64,000 nucleotides of DNA from Escherichia coli. GTDB lineage: Bacteria > Pseudomonadota > Gammaproteobacteria > Enterobacterales > Enterobacteriaceae. The stretch lies in the NCBI RefSeq assembly GCF_044324875.1, contig NZ_CP172185.1; one strand, 5' to 3'. The notes beneath the pieces were generated by a model. The model did no database searches. It saw nothing but the letters and a program-made list of their open reading frames with translations, and was not told the DNA's origin. Positions 1-11,037 of this stretch are shown in pieces. Both the position numbers and the translations under genes were made by a program. Each line of letters begins with the position of its first letter. The first letter of the stretch is position 1.

Positions 1-305
1 GTTAACCGAGGAAACCGGTGGCCAGTCGAGGCGAGACACCGTGGCCAGCCAGATGCCACGCATCGGTTGTGACGATTGTTGCGTCGTGGCTGGTGGCTTT
101 GAACCCGCTGGTGGTGTCACCATGGACTCTGGAGGCGTGTTTTTACAACTACACAGTAAAAGTGCCAGTGCAACCAGTATCGCTGGTCTTCTAATCGCTA
201 ATTTCTCGTTTCGGGAGCAGATATCCATATGTGCTGGTTTCCGGTAAACAGATGTGCGCTCATTCTCGTACTTATCCCGGTTAAGTCAATACGACAGCAA
301 GCACG

Positions 306-333
306 AAAAAGGGAGCGATGAATTATCGCTCCC
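306..333 (-). terminator. intrinsic terminator downstream of gadC
   Basis: Perfect 9-bp stem (gggagcgat / atcgctccc, 311-319 and 325-333) with 5-nt loop; A-run 306-310 on plus strand gives the U-tract on the minus-strand transcript; lies just 3' of the gadC stop. Confidence 0.65.
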
Positions 334-358
334 TTATCTTATAACCATTCAGACATGG

Positions 359-1894
359 TTAGTGTTTCTTGTCATTCATCACAATATAGTGTGGTGAACG
401 TGCACGCGGGTGCAGGAAGAAGTGACCTTTTGGTGCGTTCTGACTGTTGATTGGCTCCAGAGTGACGCCGGTATTCCCTTTGCCTTTACGATCATGAACA
501 GCATAGAGAATAAAGGGCAGGGCAAGTACCACCAGGAAACTAACGACCAGTAATTCAACATACATATCGGTAGAGTCACCCTGGATGTTATCCGGCGGCA
601 GGAAGGAAACAATAAACGCCATAATTGAAGTCAGCAGACCGACAACAGCCACGACCAGTTTCACCCCTTTACCACCAGGGATATTAAATGTGCGTTTTAA
701 GTCAGGATGTTTAAGAACCAACACAATGTAGCCAATAAACAGCATGAAATAAGCACACAGATAAATCACCACCGTCAGCGCCAGTGCGATCAGGAAGGAC
801 ATGTTGTTACCGCCACCGGTATTGGTGAGGATGATCAACGCGATAGAAGTAATCACCAGCTGCGAAATGACCAGCGTTACCGGTACGCCATTTTTGTTCA
901 TTTTAGCGAATGCTGCTGGCAGCAGGTTTTTCTGCGCTGTGACATACATCCCGCGAGAAGGACCAACAATCCAGGAGGCGATTTCCGCCAGAACACCCAG
1001 CAACAGCAGTGCGGAGATCACGCGAACCGTCCACTCAATTTCCGGTGCCACATGGGACATCAGAACGGTAAAGGTTTGCATTACACCTGCGGAGAGGTTG
1101 ATTTCATTACCCGGAATGACCATCGCAATAGACAAACCGCCAACAGAGCTTAAGCAGATTGCCGCCACCATCAGCAGTAACATAGCCAGTGGATAGTCGC
1201 GCCCTGGATTGCTCATTTCATTGACGTGGGTTGCGGAAGCTTCAACGCCCATATAACTCAAAATGAAGGCAACAAATACAACCAGGGTGCCCACTTTAGA
1301 GAAGTCAGGGAAGAAGGTCTTCGAATCCATTTCGATAGCAACGGGGGCACCGGAGTGCAGATAAATAGCCGCTAATGCGATCAAAATAAATGCAGGTAAC
1401 AGGATACCGGCGAAGAAGCCAACTTTAGCAATTCGCGCCGTGTATTTCGTGCCACCAAACTGCGTTAATGCCAGCGCCCAAAGAATGATGAGTGCTGCAA
1501 TAGTTTTGGTAATGGGGTCTTCATTCAGCGCTGGCCATTTCAGGATGTAGGAGAGTGCCCCTAACACGAAATAGAGCATCGGAATAAAACCAATGGCGAT
1601 TTGCAGATAGCCAAATGAGATCGCTGCAAATCCCCACCTCGGCCCCAGAGTATTTGATACCCAGGCGAAGACACCACCTTCTTCCCAGCCGTCGACGGTG
1701 GCCATTTCCGCAGCACAAAGTCCCACGGGAATAAACCATAAAATCCCGCCTAATAGCAGGAAGAAGACTAATGAAAAGCCCGATGTTGCGAAGGTAGGGT
1801 ATTCATAAACAGCCATTACCATCGATGCCGTTATGGCAAAGAATCCGAGTAATGTGAGCTGCTTAGCTTTACCTGTCTGTACTGATGTAGCCAT
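359..1894 (-). CDS. gadC: glutamate:GABA antiporter GadC (APC family)
   Basis: 511-aa ORF, polytopic membrane protein recognised as GadC ([22 protein letters not shown]...); located immediately downstream of gadB as in the gadBC operon. Confidence 0.95.
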   Translation of the reverse strand: MATSVQTGKAKQLTLLGFFAITASMVMAVYEYPTFATSGFSLVFFLLLGGILWFIPVGLCAAEMATVDGWEEGGVFAWVSNTLGPRWGFAAISFGYLQIAIGFIPMLYFVLGALSYILKWPALNEDPITKTIAALIILWALALTQFGGTKYTARIAKVGFFAGILLPAFILIALAAIYLHSGAPVAIEMDSKTFFPDFSKVGTLVVFVAFILSYMGVEASATHVNEMSNPGRDYPLAMLLLMVAAICLSSVGGLSIAMVIPGNEINLSAGVMQTFTVLMSHVAPEIEWTVRVISALLLLGVLAEIASWIVGPSRGMYVTAQKNLLPAAFAKMNKNGVPVTLVISQLVITSIALIILTNTGGGNNMSFLIALALTVVIYLCAYFMLFIGYIVLVLKHPDLKRTFNIPGGKGVKLVVAVVGLLTSIMAFIVSFLPPDNIQGDSTDMYVELLVVSFLVVLALPFILYAVHDRKGKGNTGVTLEPINSQNAPKGHFFLHPRARSPHYIVMNDKKH

Positions 1895-2003
1895 ATTATC
1901 CCCCTAAAACGGTATTCCTGTCGGAACCGCACCTGTTTTGTTCTGAAGCGTATTCAGAACAATATTTTCCGTTGCTAATGCCAGTGAACAGACTTTGGAA
2001 ATT

Positions 2004-2029
2004 GTCCCGAAACGGGTTCGTTTCGGGAC
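2004..2029 (-). other. perfect 11-bp inverted repeat (stem-loop) in the gadB-gadC intergenic region
   Basis: gtcccgaaacg-ggtt-cgtttcgggac; no clean U-tract follows on the minus strand, so more likely an intra-operon RNA structure or partial terminator than a full terminator. Confidence 0.4.
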
Positions 2030-2049
2030 ACCGTTACCGTTAAACGTTA

Positions 2050-3450
2050 TCAGGTATGTTTAAAGCTGTTCTGCTGGGCAATACCCTGCAGTTTCGGGTG
2101 GTCGCTGAGATATTTCAGGGAGGCTTTGTAGTCTTCCAGCAACAGTTCAGCAAAGTCCATTTCGAAGCCGCGACGACACATAATGCGCATCACCACGATG
2201 TCGGTGGCTTCACCGCCAAGAGTGAAGGCCGGAACCTGCCAGCCGCGCAGACGCAGACGTTCAGAGAGGTCGTACAGGGTGTATCCCGGATCTTCACCAT
2301 CTTTCAGTTTGAAGCAAACCGCCGGGATGCCTTCGTCCGGGCGACCGGTACAGATGAACTCATACGGCCCCAGTTTGGCGATTTCATCCGCCAGATAAGC
2401 GGCAACCTGGTAAGAGGCGTTCTGTACTTTGGTATAGCCTTCACGACCGAGGCGCAGGAATTCATAGTACTGTGCAATTACCTGACCCGCCGGGCGGGAG
2501 AAGTTGATGGCGAAAGTCCCAATCTGACCACCGAGGTAGTCAACGTTGAACACCAGTTCCTGCGGCAGCGCTTCTTCATCACGCCAGATAACCCAGCCGC
2601 AGCCCAGCGGAGCCAGACCGAATTTATGGCCTGAAGCACTGATCGATTTCACACGCGGCAGGCGGAAGTCCCAGACGATATCCGGGGCGACGAACGGTGC
2701 CAGGAAGCCACCGCTGGCGGCGTCGATGTGCATGTCGATGTCGATACCGGTGTCGGCCTGGAATTTATCCAGCGCATCGTGCAGCGGTTGCGGGAACTCA
2801 TAGTTACCGGTGTAGGTCACGCCGAAAGTCGGCACCACGCCGATGGTGTTTTCGTCGCAGGCTTCAATCATGCGTTTCGGGTCCATAAACAACTGACCGG
2901 GGCGCATAGGGATCTCACGCAGCTCCACATCCCAGTAGCGGGCGAATTTATGCCAGCAGATTTGCACCGGACCGCACACCAGGTTTGGTTTATCCGTTGG
3001 TTTGCCTGCAGCTTCCATACGCTTGCGCCAACGCCATTTCATCGCCATCCCGCCGAGCATACAGGCCTCGGAAGAACCAATGGTGTTGGTGCCAACGGCC
3101 TGACCATTTTTCGGCGCAGGCGCATGCCACAGATCGGCAACCATGTTTACGCAACGCAGGTCGATGGCTGCAGATTGCGGATATTCTTCTTTGTCGATCC
3201 AGTTTTTGTTAATGGATAAATCCATCAACTTGTGGACATTTTCGTCGTCCCAGGTCTGGCAGAAAGTGGCCAGGTTCTGACGAGCGTTGCCATCAAGATA
3301 TAATTCGTCATTGATAATCTGAAATGCGACATCGTCGCGCATTTCGTGCAGCGGAAAACGTTTTGATTCTGCGATAGTGGAAATAGACTTCGCACCAAAA
3401 CGTGAATCGAGTAGTTCCGACCTTAAATCCGTTACTAGCTTCTTATCCAT
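2050..3450 (-). CDS. gadB: glutamate decarboxylase beta (PLP-dependent)
   Basis: ORF track gives 489 aa from 3519; the recognised GadB N-terminus [19 protein letters not shown] starts at 3450 (466 aa) and is preceded by an AGGAG Shine-Dalgarno. Confidence 0.93.
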   Translation of the reverse strand: MDKKLVTDLRSELLDSRFGAKSISTIAESKRFPLHEMRDDVAFQIINDELYLDGNARQNLATFCQTWDDENVHKLMDLSINKNWIDKEEYPQSAAIDLRCVNMVADLWHAPAPKNGQAVGTNTIGSSEACMLGGMAMKWRWRKRMEAAGKPTDKPNLVCGPVQICWHKFARYWDVELREIPMRPGQLFMDPKRMIEACDENTIGVVPTFGVTYTGNYEFPQPLHDALDKFQADTGIDIDMHIDAASGGFLAPFVAPDIVWDFRLPRVKSISASGHKFGLAPLGCGWVIWRDEEALPQELVFNVDYLGGQIGTFAINFSRPAGQVIAQYYEFLRLGREGYTKVQNASYQVAAYLADEIAKLGPYEFICTGRPDEGIPAVCFKLKDGEDPGYTLYDLSERLRLRGWQVPAFTLGGEATDIVVMRIMCRRGFEMDFAELLLEDYKASLKYLSDHPKLQGIAQQNSFKHT

Positions 3451-3529
3451 TTTAAACTCCTTAAAATGATTGGATCGCATTAAAAAAGTAGGATTTATCG
3501 ATAAAGTAAGCAAGTGCAAAGGACTCGTG

Positions 3530-3549
3530 TTTAAATAACAAAATCCTAA
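3530..3549 (-). promoter_or_regulatory. GAD box (GadE/GadX-GadW binding site) upstream of gadB
   Basis: Minus-strand sequence TTAGGATTTTGTTATTTAAA matches the 20-bp GAD box consensus, about 80 bp upstream of the gadB start codon. Confidence 0.75.
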
Positions 3550-3775
3550 TGTTATTTATCGTGAGATATTATGCGAATAATATTTTTTCATTGAAAATCA
3601 ATACATTATTGAATTATTGGGTGGTAGCAAGGTGTTTTGTGTTGTTATTTTTATGCACTTTCTACGCCTCCTGAATTATCACGTAAAAATCAGACCTTAA
3701 AATATCACTATTAGTACTTGGTTATTATTTTGAACGCATTTATAAAATTATTACATAAAAATAGCGAATATTGAT

Positions 3776-3806
3776 AAAATCCCCGCCAACGATGTGTTGA
3801 CGGGGC
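3776..3806 (-). terminator. intrinsic terminator downstream of pqqL
   Basis: On the minus-strand transcript a 10-bp stem (ccccgucaac / guuggcgggg, one G-U pair) with 5-nt loop followed by auuuu; directly 3' of the pqqL stop at 3812. Confidence 0.6.
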
Positions 3807-3811
3807 TGTTA

Positions 3812-6607
3812 TTATTTTGGCAATAATACTCCGGTATAGGTATTCACCGGATGAGAAAGATATTGTTTAACGGCAGTGTTAACATTCTCTACCGTCATTT
3901 GTTTCAATAATTGCTCCTGCTCAGTCCATGCTGCAGGATCGTCATATTGAATAAGACTATTTACAATGGTGTTCGCTAATTGTTGAACGCTACGCTGTTG
4001 GATATCGAGGCTGCGCTGAACGTTTTGCTGGTATTCGTTCAGTTCTTGCTCACTGATCCCTTTAGCCAGACGCTTAACCATCACTTCATTCGCTAACGTT
4101 AACAGTTCATCATGTCGTTCCGGTTGACAAGTAAAAGCCAGCAAATGACTGATATCTTTGGCCTGAGGATCAACCGAGAGGCGAGAAGAAACGCTGTATG
4201 CCCCAGAGGCCTGTTCACGAATATTAACGCGTAGATCTTTTGCCAGTGCGACGTTAAAAGCATCGAGCGCCATACGCGTCTCCAGATTAACCGGTGTCCG
4301 GGAATCATAACGCTTCCACTGTGAAACCTGTGCCACAGGTTCATTTTGTTCTTTTACAGTAACCGATGCGTTGTCCGTCGCGCGAGTTAATGGTTTACCT
4401 GCGGCTAATGGCGAATCAGAGTGTTTGATTGATCCTAAGTAAAGCGTAATTAACGGCAGGAGTTTGTCTTCTGCGACATTACCGACAATGACAAACGTGA
4501 TATCCGCTGGAGATGAAAACAACTGGCGATCGGCAGCCAGCGCATCTGCGGCAGTAAACTGTGCAATCTGATTTTCTTGCAGTAATTTCGTGCGGTCATC
4601 AGCATAGCGCGTCTCATACATCTGCTGGGCGAATTTCTCCGCTGGACGCTGGTCGAGCGTTTTCAACGCCTGAATTTGAGCATTTTGTAGCGATGCCCAA
4701 ATATTATCGTTAATCGTGCTGTGGGTGATTCGCTGGTTAATCAACTGGAAACCAGGTTCAGGGTTATTAGTCCGCGCGCTAACAGAGAGCAATGTATTCA
4801 TGCCACTGACTTTACTGCTCAAGGTTACCGAGTTTTCCGCACTCCAGCGTTTCAGGCTGGAAGAGGAGAGTTCACCAACGCCGCTTCCGCTTACTGCTTT
4901 ATTTGCCAGCGCGATAAGTGATTTTTGCTGCGCAGGGAAACTTAAATCGCCTTTATAAGATACGGCAGTAATTTGTAGCTTTTGCTCTTCACCCGCGGAT
5001 TTTGCCAGAATAACCCTGGCACCATTGGAAAGTGTTAATGATGTCAGATTCTCAGCCAGCGTTTCTTTGCTGCTAATTTCCGCCTGTGGGTCAGCGTCTA
5101 CTGTTAACGATAAATTTCTGCCTGGGAAGATGTAAGCCGCCAGCTTTTTGTTGGCGTACTCTTTTTCCAGCGCCAGGATAGCCGCAGGAGACAATGCTTT
5201 TTTGGCAGCAACCTCATTGTTTACCATTTGCTCCCAAAATGCATCCTGGTTCTTTCTTAACTGCTGCCATTTTTCCGCCAGACTTTGCACGGTAATTTGC
5301 TGCCACAGACGTTTCGAAAGTTGATATGTCTCTTCCGGCGACAAGAACGGCGTATTATTTAATGAGCTGGATGCCAGGCGACTGGTCAGCATACGTAAAT
5401 CACGTTCAGCTTGCTGATCAACCGCATTTTTCAGCCAGGTGAGGCGGGTAGATTTGACATCATCGAGTTCTTCAGCAGAAAAACCATGCTGATCAATAGT
5501 TGCCAACTCTGCCATTAATGCATTCGCAGCATCCTGCATATTATCGTCTCGTGCATTTACACGGAAAAACAGCGACTGATAATCGGGTGCAATTTTAACG
5601 CTGCGCGCAGTGCCGCCAGAAATAGTCTTCAACTCGCCCGACTGTATGCGTTCCTGCAGACGCTGATTGAACAGCTGAACCAACATGCTCCATTCAGCTT
5701 GTTCGATAAAGCTTTGCTCATCGCTCACTTGCACCATTGGCAGGCGATAATAGAGTGCGATGCCGTTCACCCGGTTTTCTTTATCATTAATGATATTAAA
5801 GCGCAGGTGGTTTTCGGCTTTTGTCGGCCAGACGCGATTTTCAGCTGCTTTGTTAGCCGGAAGCTTACTTAAATTATCCTTAATCAGCGCCAGCGCTTCT
5901 TTACTGTCGATATCGCCGACCACGATAAAGGTCATATTATTTGGTTGATACCAGCGTTGATAAAATTGGCGCAATTGTGCCGGTGTGACCGTAGCGACAG
6001 TATCCATCACGCCGATAGGTTCACGGTCTAAATTACGGGTATTTGCCAGCAGGAAAGGGCGGCGCGCCTGAGAGGTGCGCCATTTCGCATCCTGATGGGC
6101 ACGCCATTCCTCAGTAATTACGCCGCGTTCAGCGTCTACTTCGAGTTTTTCAAAGCTTGCGGCATTACTCCATTCACTAAAGATTGCCATCACTTGTTGC
6201 AGATTTTGTTTCTGCGTAGTCGGCAAACTCACCTGATACACCGTTTCGTCATAGCTGGTATAGGCATTAACATCGCGACCAAAACGCAGGCCCATTGACT
6301 CAAATGTTTCGATGACTTTATTACCCGGCCATGTTTTTGTGCCGTTAAACATCATATGTTCTACAAAATGAGCCACGCCGCGCTCATTGTCCTCTTCCTG
6401 CAATGAACCGGTATGAATTTGCAGCCATAAATTTACCTGATCCTTTGGTTGAGCATGCGGATAAATCATATATCGCAAGCCATTGTCCAGTTGCCCGGTA
6501 ATTAACTTTTCATCCTGCGGTAAGGCGGCGGCAATCAGTCGCCCGGGGAGCAACAGAGTTGCCACTAACGTCAGTAAGAAACAGAGGTTTCTCATAATTA
6601 TCTCCAT
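3812..6607 (-). CDS. pqqL: periplasmic M16-family zinc metallopeptidase PqqL
   Basis: 936-aa ORF with signal peptide and HFVEHMMF (HxxEH inverzincin) motif; start placed at MEIIMRNL (931 aa) from memory of the K-12 protein; the start is uncertain by a few codons. Confidence 0.9.
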   Translation of the reverse strand: MEIIMRNLCFLLTLVATLLLPGRLIAAALPQDEKLITGQLDNGLRYMIYPHAQPKDQVNLWLQIHTGSLQEEDNERGVAHFVEHMMFNGTKTWPGNKVIETFESMGLRFGRDVNAYTSYDETVYQVSLPTTQKQNLQQVMAIFSEWSNAASFEKLEVDAERGVITEEWRAHQDAKWRTSQARRPFLLANTRNLDREPIGVMDTVATVTPAQLRQFYQRWYQPNNMTFIVVGDIDSKEALALIKDNLSKLPANKAAENRVWPTKAENHLRFNIINDKENRVNGIALYYRLPMVQVSDEQSFIEQAEWSMLVQLFNQRLQERIQSGELKTISGGTARSVKIAPDYQSLFFRVNARDDNMQDAANALMAELATIDQHGFSAEELDDVKSTRLTWLKNAVDQQAERDLRMLTSRLASSSLNNTPFLSPEETYQLSKRLWQQITVQSLAEKWQQLRKNQDAFWEQMVNNEVAAKKALSPAAILALEKEYANKKLAAYIFPGRNLSLTVDADPQAEISSKETLAENLTSLTLSNGARVILAKSAGEEQKLQITAVSYKGDLSFPAQQKSLIALANKAVSGSGVGELSSSSLKRWSAENSVTLSSKVSGMNTLLSVSARTNNPEPGFQLINQRITHSTINDNIWASLQNAQIQALKTLDQRPAEKFAQQMYETRYADDRTKLLQENQIAQFTAADALAADRQLFSSPADITFVIVGNVAEDKLLPLITLYLGSIKHSDSPLAAGKPLTRATDNASVTVKEQNEPVAQVSQWKRYDSRTPVNLETRMALDAFNVALAKDLRVNIREQASGAYSVSSRLSVDPQAKDISHLLAFTCQPERHDELLTLANEVMVKRLAKGISEQELNEYQQNVQRSLDIQQRSVQQLANTIVNSLIQYDDPAAWTEQEQLLKQMTVENVNTAVKQYLSHPVNTYTGVLLPK

Positions 6608-6651
6608 GCGAAAACCGGGCAAATTTACCCGGTTAAGTAAAATCCGAACTA

Positions 6652-9024
6652 TTAAAATTTCATGCTGACATCAAGCCAGAAAGTACGGCCACTGGCGTAG
6701 GTCGCCACACCGGTATTCGTTGTATCAACCGCGGTTTTGCTATCCAGTACATTGAGAATATCGGCACTGATCGTCAGGTTTTGTTGTTTCAGAAATTGTG
6801 GCGTCCAGGACAAGCGGGTGTCCCAGGTCAGGCTGCTATCCAGTTTTTCGTCAACATACTGCTTGTAATCTGAATATTCGCTGATGTATTGCGCATTCGT
6901 CTTACCCAGGATAATGCGAGCTTTACGCGCTTCTTGCCAGGTCAGCGTATTCGCCCACACCAACCCGCTCGGTTGATGCGTGAAATCCATGTTTAAGGAG
7001 ATCTTTAGTGGATTATTAAAATCCGCCACTGGAACGCTATCGTAAGAGACCAGATTACCGTTATAAACCACCCGGTTATCACCGGTATTGCTCTCCTCAT
7101 AACCATTGTTTAACGACAAGTTGCCCTTGCTCTTGATATAGCTAAAGACAATTTGCGGGTTAATATCTACCTGGCTGATATGCAGGGGTTCGGCCAGTTC
7201 AAAACTGAGGTTGAACGAATGCGTTTTGGTTTTGCCGTCGTTGTTATATTCAGTAATGGTGGTTTTAGTCGCGCTGTCGGTACGACTGCTTTTACTGATT
7301 TGATCATGCGCTTCACGATAAACATAGTTTGCACGCGCAATAACGTTCTTACCGATTTTCTGCTGCAACCCCATTGCCAGTTCATCGTTATAAGGCGTTT
7401 TCAAATCCTGATAACGCGTCAGGGTTTTATTGCCTGATACCGATTCCGTCCAGCTATTGCGGATATCACGTAATCCCATATCAAGAATATTCCCGCCATA
7501 GTAACGGTTATAACCTGCGGTAATCATTGAGGTTTGATCAGCAAAAATATCCCATTCCGTCATAAATCGCGGGGAGATATTGTGGTTTGACAGATAGTTG
7601 TCATAGTCATACCGCACACCGGGCATTAACGACACATTCCGCCAGCTAATGCGATCCGCCATATACAGCGTGTAGTTGTCAATTCCCAGACTGCCTTTAC
7701 CTTTATGGTAAATGGTATGGTTAGTTTTCTTTCCTGCAGCATTAATCACATAGGATTCAGACTGGTTATGGCGTTCAGTCCAAGCATCGGAATAGATGTA
7801 TTCCGCGCCGAAGTAGGGTTGATGCGAAACATTACCCACGGTGAATTTTTGCCAGTCCAGGCGTGTTTTGAAGGTGTAATTATCTACAGCCTGGGAAATG
7901 TGTCCTAATCCGCCACGGGTGCAACGCCCTGTAATATCACCATATGTACATGAAAGTTCGGTGTACCAGATGTCATGATCGTGACGGGTATAATCACTAA
8001 TATGATCCCGACCAACGGTGGTACGTAGTTTGGCCCTTGCGAGCTGCGTATCCATATCCCATGCCAGACCGTAGGATTTATTACCCATTTCACGATCAGA
8101 CTGCGGGAAGGTGCTGGTATTATAATCACGACTGGAGCCGGTATATTTTAATGTTAAATCGTGGGTAAAGCGGTCGCTGGCAAACCAGGTAAATTTGCTC
8201 ACTGCGGTATCGATAACGTTTTTATACTGTGCCCGACCGGCGACAATGCCGTCATTCGAAACATAATCCGCGCGGGTGATATCAGACTGGCGGCGCGATA
8301 AACCGGCGGTAACGCCGAAGTTATCAGCCAGTTCCTGATTAAACGACAAGGTATAAAAGTTCTTTTTAAAATCTGGAGAGTAATAAGTACTTCCTGAAGA
8401 ACCTTGATTAAATGCGCTCTTGTTATTCTCATCGATATGCGATGTTAACCAGTCCGAACGCGTAGTGCGATAACCCAGTTTCACGCTGCTATCATCAGCA
8501 TTGAAGCGTTTGATCTTTGCATCAATTACCCCGCCATTGAAGCGACCAAATTCAACCGGCACAAAACTGTCATAAAGCGTCACATTGTCAAGTAAGCTGA
8601 CATCTAGATAATACCCCTGTGACATCCCGCTAATATTGGTTGCACTACTGGCATCGGACTCATTCGCTGGGTTCAGGTTATTAGTTGCACTAATACCATC
8701 AATCAAATAGGCATTCTGGTAGGGCGACGCACCGTGAATAGAGATTTTCTCAGGGCGAATATCTCCCTGGTTCAATGAGGTACTTTGCGTTGAATCCATG
8801 CGTACCGCAGGGTTGGTTCTCAGCAGATCGCTGATATTGCCATTCCCGGTCGGTAAACGCTCGATGCTTTCACTGGTGTAATGCGTGTTGCCGTTTACGG
8901 GTACAGGGACAGGAGCATAGACCGTCATCTCTTCAAAAACATGCATGTACATGTTTTTGTCATCGACGGCCTGCGCCACATCAGCGCCACATAAAATGAC
9001 GCCAGGAATAAGAACTCGCTTCAT
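6652..9024 (-). CDS. yddB: TonB-dependent outer-membrane receptor YddB
   Basis: 790-aa ORF with signal peptide, N-terminal plug region and C-terminal beta-barrel ending in a terminal aromatic residue (MKF); sits between yddA and pqqL as in K-12. Confidence 0.9.
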   Translation of the reverse strand: MKRVLIPGVILCGADVAQAVDDKNMYMHVFEEMTVYAPVPVPVNGNTHYTSESIERLPTGNGNISDLLRTNPAVRMDSTQSTSLNQGDIRPEKISIHGASPYQNAYLIDGISATNNLNPANESDASSATNISGMSQGYYLDVSLLDNVTLYDSFVPVEFGRFNGGVIDAKIKRFNADDSSVKLGYRTTRSDWLTSHIDENNKSAFNQGSSGSTYYSPDFKKNFYTLSFNQELADNFGVTAGLSRRQSDITRADYVSNDGIVAGRAQYKNVIDTAVSKFTWFASDRFTHDLTLKYTGSSRDYNTSTFPQSDREMGNKSYGLAWDMDTQLARAKLRTTVGRDHISDYTRHDHDIWYTELSCTYGDITGRCTRGGLGHISQAVDNYTFKTRLDWQKFTVGNVSHQPYFGAEYIYSDAWTERHNQSESYVINAAGKKTNHTIYHKGKGSLGIDNYTLYMADRISWRNVSLMPGVRYDYDNYLSNHNISPRFMTEWDIFADQTSMITAGYNRYYGGNILDMGLRDIRNSWTESVSGNKTLTRYQDLKTPYNDELAMGLQQKIGKNVIARANYVYREAHDQISKSSRTDSATKTTITEYNNDGKTKTHSFNLSFELAEPLHISQVDINPQIVFSYIKSKGNLSLNNGYEESNTGDNRVVYNGNLVSYDSVPVADFNNPLKISLNMDFTHQPSGLVWANTLTWQEARKARIILGKTNAQYISEYSDYKQYVDEKLDSSLTWDTRLSWTPQFLKQQNLTISADILNVLDSKTAVDTTNTGVATYASGRTFWLDVSMKF

Positions 9025-9061
9025 TTATTTTTATCTCCGTACAGCAGGGCTTTTATTGTTT

Positions 9062-10747
9062 TTATAAAACCGCGCTAATGTCACAAATATCATCAGCCAG
9101 GTTCCAGACACCGGGTTGATGTGTAACCATAATGACGCCGCTTGTGGGTAGTTTTTCACGCACTAAACGCAGTAAGCGGATAGCCTCTTGTTCCTCAAGA
9201 TGAGAGGTAGTTTCGTCAAGAAATATCCATTTCGGACGTCGTAAAATTAATCGTGCCAGGGCGATACGTTGTTTTTCGCCGCTGGAAAGAATATCTCCCC
9301 AGCGATCGTGGTCATGAATACGCGCAGCCAATTTCCCCAGACCAACCTGATGCAGTATTTCGCTCAACGATTTATCGTCTACGGGCAGGGGAAGTGCTTT
9401 ACAAATAATCTCTTTCAGTAAGCCGGTTTTGATTAACGGTGTTTGTGACACATACCAACTGTCAGCAGGAGAAGAAATATCACCTTTGAACCACGGCCAG
9501 CAGTGGGATAATGTTTTAAGCAGTGTGGTTTTTCCCGCACCAGAGTAACCTTTCAGTAATAGCCATTTGCCTGGCGAAACATGAAAGTTCAGGTTCTCTA
9601 ATATGATCTTATTATCAGGAGTACGAATACTCGCGTCAGCCACTTGTACCGCATGTTGGCAATTTTTAGGCTTATTCGTAGGGCGCTGTTCGGTGAGTTG
9701 ATGGAACTCATACAAACGATCGATAACAGCAGCCAGTTCAGCAAGTTCGTCATATTTATAAATAAACCAGCTTAAATTGTTCGATACCAGCATAAATGCC
9801 TGGCGCGATTTCATCAGTCCGCCCAGATTGATCTGTCCGCTAATAAACTGTGGCAATAACAGAAAGTAGGGAAGAACGCTAAGCGAGCGCGAATAAATAT
9901 TCTGCCAGTAATCAAGCCAGCGCTGACGATTCATTAAACGATGCCAGTTCTCTTTAATGGTATGAAAATTGTCGCTCAACTCCTGGCGTTGTAAAGACTC
10001 AGCATTGCTTAGCGCAATCAGTTCTGCCTGCTTATTATGCTGCACAAGATTAGTTCGAAATGTCGCTTCGCTACGTTGTTTTTCCACATTAAGCGGACGA
10101 ATACGTTTACCAACCTTATGAGTAAATAAAGTTCCACCGATCACAATGAGCACAACGGTATAGACCATATACCCCTGGATATTCCATTCTGTTCCACCAA
10201 CAGTGAATGAGAGCGTACCCGCGCTTTGCCAAAGAATAACGGTAAAGGTGATCAACATGCTAAGTGACTGGATGAAGCCAAATGAAAGACTGAGCGTTTT
10301 GCTGATCAGTAAGAGAATGTCTTCAGCGATACGTTGGTCAGGGTTATCTGTATTTTTATGCTCACCGTAGATCTGCGTGAAGTAGTAGTTTTTATCTGCA
10401 AACCAGCGATTAAGGTAGTAATCTGTTAACCATTCGCGCCAGCGAATAGTCAGTAGTTTAATTAACCATGTTTTGTTTACGGATATTAATACAAAGATCC
10501 CCAGCAGGGCAGGGAACCAAAGAACAAGCTGCCAAAGCTTATCGGTTTCTTTCTGGCTTAGCGCATTGAAAAAATCATTATTCCAGTCGTTTAACCAGAC
10601 CTGAATTTTAACCACGCCAAGGATCATGGCGAGGATAATAATGATTAACAACACTGAAGTTTTATTATTCTTACGCAGCCAAAAGGGCTTCAGCAGACAG
10701 AGATACTTTGCTATCAACATACGAAACGTAATGGGAATGGTTATCAT
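9062..10747 (-). CDS. yddA: fused permease-ATPase ABC transporter YddA
   Basis: 561-aa ORF; N-terminal transmembrane domain, Walker A GYSGAGKTT and ABC signature LSSGEKQR in the C-terminal half. Confidence 0.9.
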   Translation of the reverse strand: MITIPITFRMLIAKYLCLLKPFWLRKNNKTSVLLIIIILAMILGVVKIQVWLNDWNNDFFNALSQKETDKLWQLVLWFPALLGIFVLISVNKTWLIKLLTIRWREWLTDYYLNRWFADKNYYFTQIYGEHKNTDNPDQRIAEDILLLISKTLSLSFGFIQSLSMLITFTVILWQSAGTLSFTVGGTEWNIQGYMVYTVVLIVIGGTLFTHKVGKRIRPLNVEKQRSEATFRTNLVQHNKQAELIALSNAESLQRQELSDNFHTIKENWHRLMNRQRWLDYWQNIYSRSLSVLPYFLLLPQFISGQINLGGLMKSRQAFMLVSNNLSWFIYKYDELAELAAVIDRLYEFHQLTEQRPTNKPKNCQHAVQVADASIRTPDNKIILENLNFHVSPGKWLLLKGYSGAGKTTLLKTLSHCWPWFKGDISSPADSWYVSQTPLIKTGLLKEIICKALPLPVDDKSLSEILHQVGLGKLAARIHDHDRWGDILSSGEKQRIALARLILRRPKWIFLDETTSHLEEQEAIRLLRLVREKLPTSGVIMVTHQPGVWNLADDICDISAVL

Positions 10748-11037
10748 TAGCGAAAATTGATTGTGCCATCCAATGATTATCTATGGCAATGATTTACTGA
10801 TGAAATTTATTTAAGTATCCTTTAACAATATGAAATATAAAGGAATATTTCATTTTCAGTGGTTATGGTTATGCTATTGATAATCAAGGATATTGCTAAT
10901 GCCCTGACGCATACCACGTAAGCCAGGATTTTCGCAAGGGAAGATGATGATGACGAAACACCCGACAGGAATATGTGTCGGGTGCATTGTTAAGGTCATA
11001 AGAAGGAGGCTAAGACTGGAGCTAAGAGGGAGCGTTA

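Noticed and set aside
41-247. 68-aa plus-strand ORF at the left edge of the window
   Set aside because: No RBS, no recognisable domain, low-complexity composition; lies in the region downstream of gadC where a neighbouring minus-strand gene start is expected; treated as a chance ORF.
707-1196. ORFs of 148 and 131 aa antisense to gadC
   Set aside because: Shadow ORFs entirely inside a well-supported gene on the opposite strand; His/Arg/Gln-rich or otherwise unusual composition typical of antisense frames.
2056-3219. Several plus-strand ORFs (63-192 aa) inside gadB
   Set aside because: All lie within the gadB coding region on the opposite strand, with Arg/Cys-rich composition; no independent evidence.
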